From: a virus
Virus record (IMG/VR): IMGVR_UViG_3300049436_000052
Coordinates: 201,433-265,432 of that record
Direction: 5' to 3' (one strand)
DNA length: 64,000 nt
Below are positions 56,267 to 64,000 of the stretch, in pieces. Under the pieces are notes generated by a model. That model made no database searches and was not told where the DNA came from. It saw nothing but the letters and a program-made list of their open reading frames with translations. Position numbers and translations under genes: made by a program. The stretch's first letter is position 1; every line of letters begins with the position of its first letter.

Positions 56267-57725
56267 GTAATAAACAATATAAAACATAAGAAATATGAAA
56301 GCAATAAAAAAACAATCAATCATAATAAAGGTTTATGTGGCCTTTGCACAATTTCTAATTATCCCAAACATAAAAAAATTAACAAGGGATTTAGAACATA
56401 TTGAAAACGAATTGAAAAATGGTAAATGGTCGGATAAATTGCTACGAATTAAATTTTCTGAAAAGGATTTAGTATGTCCTCCTTATAGATATTATCTAAG
56501 TAAAGTTTCTGAAAATGAAAAAAAATCAGTAAAAGAATTCCATTTGAATCTTATTATTGAAGGGGTAAATAACCAAACAATTGAAATCTATTTTTATTAA
56601 AAATCGTTTCACATAAAACATAATAAAACTTTTGAGTAAGCTATAATTATAAAATAATCAACAAATGAAAAACTTAGAAAGAATAATCCAATTCTTATTG
56701 GAATACAAAATGAATGAGAAAACTGGATATAATATACATATTCAACATGCACCAGATTTAGATGTTACAACTAGTCATTGTTCTGATAATGGAATTACCT
56801 ACAAAGGACATCCATATTATTCAATTTTTAATGATATTTTAAAAACATATGAATCTGATTTTATATATCATGTAAAGAACAGTCAAGAAATTGATTGGGA
56901 AGGTTATTTAATAACTCCAATTCTAGGTTATATAATAAAAATAAACCTACTTTTTATTGATTATGGCACAAATAATGGTTTAGATTGGAATTATTCTATA
57001 ATTGGAATGATCAATTTGCCAAATGTGGATTATATTGCAAAGAATCATAATTTAGTTGAAAAAATAGTACAGCAAATATATTCGGATGAATCTATCTGGA
57101 AGCGAAATAAAAGAGAAAAAAATAAATTAGAAATTCATCCATATAAAAATATTTTTGGTAGAGAAATACAACCCACAAAAGGACTTAGGAAAAGAAAATC
57201 TAAAGCAAAACCTATTCCAAATTTATCATAAGTTAATTTTTGACATATGGAAGATACACATAAAACTAGGCAATATCTTAAAGAACTAAATGCAGTTTTT
57301 GTAGAAGATAAAATAATAGTAAGTCCAGCAATTATTAATAGTAAAATAGCCGTATTTACTCGAAAATATTATAAAAAAAGAAACAATAAAATTTGCTATG
57401 TTGATACAAACATAGTATTATTTAATGTTGAGTGGGATAAAACCAAAACACACAAAAACGTTTCAAACATCTATATTAATGATTGGAATAATACGTTTTT
57501 TAAAAATGAAATTACAAAAATTTCAAAAGAATATAAAGAGGAACTGATCGAAAAATACATTAAAATACATGTTAGTTAGTTGTTTATAATTGTTTATGCT
57601 AATAATCCCTGAGATTAAATTTAGTTTCAGGGATTAATTATTTTATATAATAGCACTTACATAAATATCGTTTTACATAATAATTTTTAATAAATTACTC
57701 CTAATAAAATATATTTATTACCTTT

Positions 57726-59685
57726 GTGAAAAAATATTCAATAATTAATCTTAATTTAAGTTTTATGCAATTACTATCAGGACTATCAGGTTTAACAGAA
57801 TTTGATTTATTTAATTTTAATTCTGATTTAAAAATTTGTCTTTGGACTGTTCTTTATAGTGAAATTAGAGGTAGTCTAAGTATAGAATTTAATGAACTTA
57901 ACAATAATATCTTTTTATAAATTTGTGACAACAATAGATAATAAACTTAGTATAAATCATTGGTCAATATTTTATCATACAAGAATTACTGAAAGTTATT
58001 TTTGGAATGTTCTTGATGATGAAGGTAAGAATGATTTAGCTATAGAACTTAAAGAGCTTAATATATTATTTTATGTAAATTTATGAAAACAATCGAACTT
58101 AATAATAAAAAGTATTATAAACTCCTAATAGACACACATAGCCTTTGGAGCGAAATTAAATATTGTTTTAATGATGAATATTTAAACCAAATTTATGACA
58201 TATGCAAAGATGAATTTGAGGGGTTGTGGGATGAACTTAAATTAGAATTGGATTATATATTATAACTAATGAATTGTAATGTTATGAAAGAAACAAATGT
58301 AGATGTTAATATAAATTTGGCCAACACTTTAAATAAAATTATAAAAGATATAAACTGTCAATATAATTTAAAACTTTGTATTGAACTTAATAATCTTCTA
58401 TTTATCGATTTATATCCTATGGCTAATGAATTACTTTATATAGATTTATGAAGAAAATATTAAATTCAAGACTAGTTCAAATTGGGGATGATTTTTATAA
58501 GGATCTTGCTAAAAAAATTGAAATTGAACTTCAGAAATTTCTATATAATCAACTCTTGTCTGATTTATATAGTGAATTTTATCCTGAGTCACCATTCGGA
58601 AATCTAAATTTATAAAATTTAAATAACAATGTTAACGTTTAATAAATTAATCGAAATAAAACATTATCAAAATGTTGAGTTCTGCAATAATTTCCATAGT
58701 GAGATTAAGACAGAAGTTTGGAATTTTCTATATAGAGAAATTAAATCAGAATTGCATGAAAATTTTGATAACGAATTTTATATAATATTTAGTGAAATAA
58801 TCAAATAAACCTTGTGTTATGTATGAAATAAATGTTAAGTTTATCACACATTGGTATGATAATATTAATATCTATGATATTTTTTATAGTAATCTTGATA
58901 ATGAACTTTGGGAATTTCTTAACGATAAAATTAATCTTGATTGCTATAGAGATTTCAAAGAACTTGATAGAGAATTAAGTTTTTATAGAAATTTATGAAA
59001 AACAATGGATGATAAACTCAATATATATTGCTATAGTTTTAATTCAGAATTTTGTGATAAAATTTATCACAAATGCGATGATAAACTTTTTAAAGAATTT
59101 ATACATATATTCAATAATGTGTTTACCGATACATGGAATATGCTTACTATAGAATTTATGTTATGAAAAAAACAAATAAAATTTTTATTAAAAATATAAA
59201 TAATACATTATTGGATATTGTGTCATTAGATTTAAATTATTCATGTGGTATAAATTTTTATATTGAACTTAAAGATAAATTATTTAATGATTTGTATCAT
59301 ACATCTAACGAAATCCAATTACTTTAAAATATGACAACACCACATAAAAAAATAGGTATTCAATTTGATAGAGATTTATATTGTGAACTCGCTGAGAATA
59401 ATCTATATGATAATCTTTGGAAATTTCTTTATAAAGAACTTACTAAAGATTTAAATATTGAACTTGATGTTTTTTCAGGAATAAATAAGGAACTTATAGA
59501 TTGTATTAATTTATAAATGAAAAAAACAATATTATTTAATATTATTTTTAATCGATATAATACTCAATTATTCGAAAACCCTCTTATTAAAAATAATGTA
59601 GATAATAAACTTTATGTAGAAATATTAAATATATGTTATGTTGAATTTTTCGAATTGTTTTATGAATTATATTATATTTGATTAA
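57726..59685 (+). other. Fourth micro-ORF cluster (about 11 ORFs)
   Basis: After TACCTTTG at 57719; repeated ..EL..EL.. and LW.FL patterns. Confidence 0.7.
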
Positions 59686-59734
59686 CATTCTTTAACTAAA
59701 ATACTGAAACATTAAATCAAATTTCAACGTATAA
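59682..59734 (+). promoter_or_regulatory. ECF-type phage promoter
   Basis: Full motif. Confidence 0.85.
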
Positions 59735-60242
59735 GTATTATATAAACAATTAACAACTAAAAAATATAATCATGGAAACAATAAAATTTGTTCAACTAAA
59801 AAATAATGTTATCGATAAAAAGAATAACATTAATTTGCCAAAAGATACTGATCTACTTTTTAAAGTTGATAGTAAAGGCAGATATTATGCAGCACAACCC
59901 GAAAACGAATTTTTTATCTGGATCTCATATAGAGATATTAAAAGCGAATCTTTTGAAACAAATCCTATAAATTAATCAAATAAAATCTTCTCTTATTAAC
60001 AAACAATTATAAAACTTTACAACTATGAAAAAAATTATAACATTCACAATCAACATTAACTTAGATAAAGTTAAATCTTATGTAGTTTTATTATCTTTTC
60101 CAGCTATTATCATAAGCACAATTGTTTATAATTGTATTATTCATGGAACAAATCTACAATTACTAATTTTGTAAAAACCCTTCTTCCAAATAATTTTTAA
60201 TCAAAATCCTTTATAAATATCTTATAGAGGATTTTTTTTATT

Positions 60243-60295
60243 TTAACTTTTATTAACTATAATATTGAAACATTTTAAAACAATATTTCGTATAA
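60243..60295 (+). promoter_or_regulatory. ECF-type phage promoter (near-identical to 61321-61373)
   Basis: Full motif; spacer sequence also shared. Confidence 0.85.
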
Positions 60296-60613
60296 GTATT
60301 ATATAAACAATTCTAAAAACTAAATTTATGGCACATATAAAAAACAAATATGTAACAAAGAAAGAAGTTGAAAAATACTTTAAAAATGTCTACTATTGGA
60401 ATTTAAACCCTAAAAAGTATGGTTCAGAACCGAATTGTCTTCCTTGTAAAATCGATTTTAAAAAAGATAAACCAGCAAAAAGACAAATTTGGAATGATCT
60501 TGTCGATTCATTAAAAAAAGATGGAACTATAAATCCAAATAGCAATTGGAATCAACCTAATTTCATTTCAAAGTAAATAATAACTTAATATAAACAATTA
60601 AAACAATATAATC

Positions 60614-61252
60614 ATGGAAACTCCAGTAAGAACAATCAATCACAGAAATTTCGAAATAGAAATTTATCACGATTCTAACAATGTTAATCCAAGTGAAGAT
60701 CAAAACGAAGACATTTTTTTGGTTTATGATCACAAAGATTTTAATATTGAGGTTAAAGGATTTAAACCAATAGACATTTATAGATATCTTCAAATAAAAG
60801 AACAATTAAAACTCCCATTCGTTGAATTAAATCATTACAATGATCTGATAGAAGAACTAAAAGAATATTCAGAATTTGATAAATACGAAATCTTCACAGT
60901 CTTTGCCTATATCCATTCTGGAATAGCTTTAAGCCTAAATACTAATAATTATCCATTTAATTGTCGATGGGATGTTTCTTCAAGTGGTTTTATCCTTGTA
61001 AAAAAAGACATTCAATGGAATAATGAATTAGAAGTTGTTGCAAATTCTTTAATTAAAGAATGGAATGATTGTTTATCTGGCAATGTTTATGGATTTGTTA
61101 TTAATTTTGATGATCAGGAAATTGATGCGGTTTGGAGATTTATAGGAGATATTGACAAATCAGGAATTATTGAAGATGCAAAAAGCCATATTGATTATAG
61201 AATCAGAAACAACCCTGAAAAATATGCAGAACAATTAAACTTGGAAATATAA
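60614..61252 (+). CDS. Conserved MGE hypothetical protein
   Basis: AYIHSGIALS...FNCRWD...GNVYGF motif. Confidence 0.7.
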   Translation: METPVRTINHRNFEIEIYHDSNNVNPSEDQNEDIFLVYDHKDFNIEVKGFKPIDIYRYLQIKEQLKLPFVELNHYNDLIEELKEYSEFDKYEIFTVFAYIHSGIALSLNTNNYPFNCRWDVSSSGFILVKKDIQWNNELEVVANSLIKEWNDCLSGNVYGFVINFDDQEIDAVWRFIGDIDKSGIIEDAKSHIDYRIRNNPEKYAEQLNLEI

Positions 61253-61403
61253 TAATAAAAGTATTTTTTATTTTTCAATCCCTTATATAAAAATCATGTA
61301 AAGGATTATTTATTTTTATTTTAACTTTTATTAACTATAATATCGAAACATTTTAAAACAATATTTCGTATTACACTATATAAACAATTTAAATTTATAA
61401 GTT

Positions 61404-61841
61404 ATGAAAACATATTTATTACAAAGAGCATCATTTAAAAATGGTAAAGATAAGAGTGGAAAGGGTATTGATACTATAATAAGTTTAGATTATATGGGTA
61501 GTTCTGAATTTGAATGGGGAGCATTGCCGAATTCTCTTAAAAATATCAGAAAAGATATTAATGATTATACTTATTTGGACGTACTTGTATCGGATAAGCT
61601 TATTACTGTTTTTTGTAAAGTTTCTCAAAAAAGTGATGTGGAGTTATATTTGATCAACCTTGCAAAAAATAATATGATATTAAAGGAATTTTCTGCATTT
61701 GATTCTTATATTAATAATGATGGATATTTCAAAGATAGGTTTGATTTCTGGTGGGATATTGATAATGATTTAATGTTTTGGAAGAAAAATCAGGAGTTTG
61801 AATTAAAATTTAAAACGATTATTACCACAAAACCATCTTAA
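61404..61841 (+). CDS. Conserved phage hypothetical protein
   Basis: DYMGSSEFEWGALP motif. Confidence 0.7.
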   Translation: MKTYLLQRASFKNGKDKSGKGIDTIISLDYMGSSEFEWGALPNSLKNIRKDINDYTYLDVLVSDKLITVFCKVSQKSDVELYLINLAKNNMILKEFSAFDSYINNDGYFKDRFDFWWDIDNDLMFWKKNQEFELKFKTIITTKPS

Positions 61842-62049
61842 TATGAAAACAAAAAAAATAAAATATATCTTTAACGGTAAAATTGTAACAGCCAAGATAA
61901 AAAATAATAAGGTTGTAAATACTGGCATAAAACCTAAAAAATAAAAAAGATATCTTGATTGTTTATATAAATTGTTTTCAAAATAATCCTTTTATAATTA
62001 TTCTATAAGAGGATTATTTGTTTTAAATATTATCATTTGACAAAAATTA

Positions 62050-62065
62050 TGTTCCACGTGGAACG
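62050..62065. other. parS-like site
   Basis: TGTTCCACGTGGAACG, 15/16 match to the palindrome at 63755. Confidence 0.7.
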
Positions 62066-62099
62066 TAAAATAAACTACTTCTAATAAATTTTATGATAT

Positions 62100-62152
62100 T
62101 TAACTTTTATTAACTAAATTCAAGAAACATTTTAAAGTCGTTTTACGTATAA
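62100..62152 (+). promoter_or_regulatory. ECF-type phage promoter
   Basis: Full motif. Confidence 0.85.
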
Positions 62153-62185
62153 CAAGTATATAAACAACAAAAAAACAATATAATC

Positions 62186-63397
62186 ATGAATAAGCAAGTA
62201 GATAAAAAAACAACAATCCTACAACCAAACCAGGGAATTTATTCAATTCTTTATGGTGGTCGTTATGGATATATAACCAAAATCGAAGGCGAACAAAGAC
62301 CAGAAACAATAAAAAGCTTATTAGGAGATGTTTGCGTTAGTGGTGGAAATGCAAATATTTTCATTAGATTTTCAAGTGGTAGCGAAACCAGCGTTCCTGA
62401 ATCAATTGTCAGAGGTGTCCAGTGGGAAATTTATGAGATTTTAACAGAAGAAGAAATAAAAGAAATTGATCAACATTATTTCGAAGCTGTTGAAGATCGT
62501 AAAAAAGCTGCAATTGCAAAAGAATTAAAAGATAAGGAAGAAACAGAATATTTTTTAAACAAATATTCATCATACCTTATTCAGAAAAAAGATCATGCAA
62601 AAGGTGAATTTGATGTTGTTAAGCAAAACATAAGAATCGAACTTAAAAGAGAATTCCCAAATATAAAATTTTCTGTTAGTTCCGATCATTATGGATGTGT
62701 AAATATTAAATGGACAGACGGCGAAACTGTTGAATCTATAAAAAACATTACTTCAAAATATGAAGATCATGAAACTGATTTTACAGGTGATTTTAGGGAT
62801 TATAACCCAAGTAATTTCAATAGAATTTTCGGTGGATGCAATTTTGTTTTCGAAAACAGAAACATAAGTGATAAGTCAAACGAAATTTTATTGGAATGGG
62901 CAAAAGAAAGATTTGCTAATAACGATACTTATAATTGTCATGATGTTCATAATTTAGCTCACAAACTATCTTATCAATATCCAATTTATGATGGGTTTAA
63001 AATTGTAAAAAAAGATGTTGAATTTGCTGTTTATAGCCCTGAAAAATTTTGGCAGATAATTAATGTTAATAAAGAATCTGTAAAAAATGTTGTTAATAAA
63101 ATAAAGGTAAATAACAACAATTTAGATAAAAGTAATTCTTTAAATGTTGTTAAGGAAAATTCTTTGAATAATAATCTATCTATAAAAAGTAAATTACCAA
63201 ATGATAGTAAAGAAACTATTTTAAATATTATTGATTACTCCGAAAAATCATTTGCAATCACAGGCGATACTTATCAAATTAAAGACACATTAAAAGAATT
63301 AAATGGCAAATTTAACAGGTTTCTAACTTGTGGCGCTGGATGGATATTTCCAAAAACCAAACTTAATGAGGTTAAAGAAAAATTGAATATTGTTTAG
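62186..63397 (+). CDS. LPD29-like (large polyvalent protein-associated) multidomain protein
   Basis: KQNIRIELKREFPNIKFSV...IKWTDG; C-terminal IIDYSEKSFAITGDT..IKD.LK.L.GKFN.FL....GWIF domain. Confidence 0.65.
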   Translation: MNKQVDKKTTILQPNQGIYSILYGGRYGYITKIEGEQRPETIKSLLGDVCVSGGNANIFIRFSSGSETSVPESIVRGVQWEIYEILTEEEIKEIDQHYFEAVEDRKKAAIAKELKDKEETEYFLNKYSSYLIQKKDHAKGEFDVVKQNIRIELKREFPNIKFSVSSDHYGCVNIKWTDGETVESIKNITSKYEDHETDFTGDFRDYNPSNFNRIFGGCNFVFENRNISDKSNEILLEWAKERFANNDTYNCHDVHNLAHKLSYQYPIYDGFKIVKKDVEFAVYSPEKFWQIINVNKESVKNVVNKIKVNNNNLDKSNSLNVVKENSLNNNLSIKSKLPNDSKETILNIIDYSEKSFAITGDTYQIKDTLKELNGKFNRFLTCGAGWIFPKTKLNEVKEKLNIV

Positions 63398-63580
63398 TTG
63401 TTTATATGAATACATTTTCTTTAATCCCTTATGTAAAATATATGTAGGGGATTAATTATTTTAAATAAAATACTTCTAAAAAATAACATTAAATAAATTT
63501 TATTTAATGAATTTAATTGGATTAATTACTTTTACCGAAATTTATAAAACAATTTTAGAAAACTTTAAAAAAATAATGAT

Positions 63581-63730
63581 ATGTGTAATGAATTTAATAA
63601 ACTTGATATTGAACTTTATAGTAAAGTTCATACTAATCTTTTTATTGAACTTTGTAATGAACTTTTTAATGAACTTCGAAATGAGATTTGTAGTGAATGT
63701 GATGAACTTAATAGGAATTGTATGATCTAA
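63581..63730 (+). CDS. 49-aa tetrad-repeat micro-protein (not in ORF track)
   Basis: MCNEFNKLDIELYSKVHTNLFIELCNELFNELRNEICSECDELNRNCMI; 12-nt DNA repeats A(A/T)TGAACTTnnn. Confidence 0.7.
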   Translation: MCNEFNKLDIELYSKVHTNLFIELCNELFNELRNEICSECDELNRNCMI

Positions 63731-63754
63731 TAATATATACCTTAAGATAAATTA

Positions 63755-63770
63755 TGTTCCACGTGGAACA
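63755..63770. other. parS-like perfect palindrome
   Basis: TGTTCCACGTGGAACA. Confidence 0.75.
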
Positions 63771-63788
63771 CTAAATATATTTATTTTA

Positions 63789-63841
63789 TTAACATCCTTT
63801 AACTATATTAACGAAACATTTTATCTAATTAATTCGTATAA
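63789..63841 (+). promoter_or_regulatory. ECF-type phage promoter
   Basis: Full motif; drives ORF starting 63876 (runs off window). Confidence 0.85.
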
Positions 63842-64000
63842 GAAGTATATATAAACAATCTAAAACAATAATCTTATGAAAACAATTCAATATTATGTAA
63901 CTTCTGACAATGTTCATCATTTAACAGAAGAACAAGCAAACAAACATGAATCTCAAATCATAGAAGTAAAAAAATTTATCGAAAACGAAGTTAATCAATG

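Noticed and set aside
41612-59685. Diversity-generating retroelement as source of micro-ORF diversity
   Set aside because: No reverse transcriptase in the window and no TR/VR pair differing only at adenines was seen.
63507-63725. ORF-track 72-aa protein MNLIGL...
   Set aside because: Off-frame shadow of the tetrad-repeat ORF 63581..63730.
1-64000. CRISPR array or cas genes
   Set aside because: No run of identical repeats with regular unique spacers; recurring motifs are promoters, terminators or attC-like hairpins. TnpB is transposon-associated.
1-64000. Alternative genetic code (stop-codon reassignment)
   Set aside because: Long recognisable genes are intact in code 11 and TAA, TAG and TGA all occur as stops; micro-ORFs have their own ATGs in shifted frames rather than in-frame readthrough.

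Overview
Very AT-rich, gene-dense segment dominated by short hypothetical ORFs. It is best read as the early/accessory region of a large lytic phage or phage-plasmid infecting a Bacteroidota host. That assignment is inferred from TAnnTTTG promoters, AT-rich leaders without Shine-Dalgarno sites, and the absence of housekeeping operons; no structural genes are in the window. Layout: a + block (1-11.8 kb), a - block (about 12.9-41.4 kb) and a + block (41.6-64 kb). Recognisable genes: SEC-C protein, DUF6745-type protein plus partner, broken tyrosine recombinase, GNAT, stand-alone receiver domain, Dda/RecD-like helicase, DUF262, UDG-like protein, CCA-adding enzyme, HAD-like protein, RNA-ligase-like protein, ECF sigma factor, intact TnpB element, LPD29-like protein. 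Most striking non-obvious structures: (1) three integron-like cassette arrays with attC-like hairpins and a shared attI-like terminal site, in which the genes are inverted relative to classical integrons and often start inside their own attC, next to a recombinase lacking the IntI-specific insertion; (2) about 21 copies of a TTAAC-N5-TTAAC-N9-GAAAC-N16/17-CGTATAA promoter of ECF type, alongside a phage-encoded ECF sigma; (3) roughly 45-50 tandem 50-70 aa micro-ORFs with 4-residue periodicity; (4) structured non-coding regions, tRNA-like elements and parS-like palindromes. All calls were made by eye from the sequence; no database searches were run.
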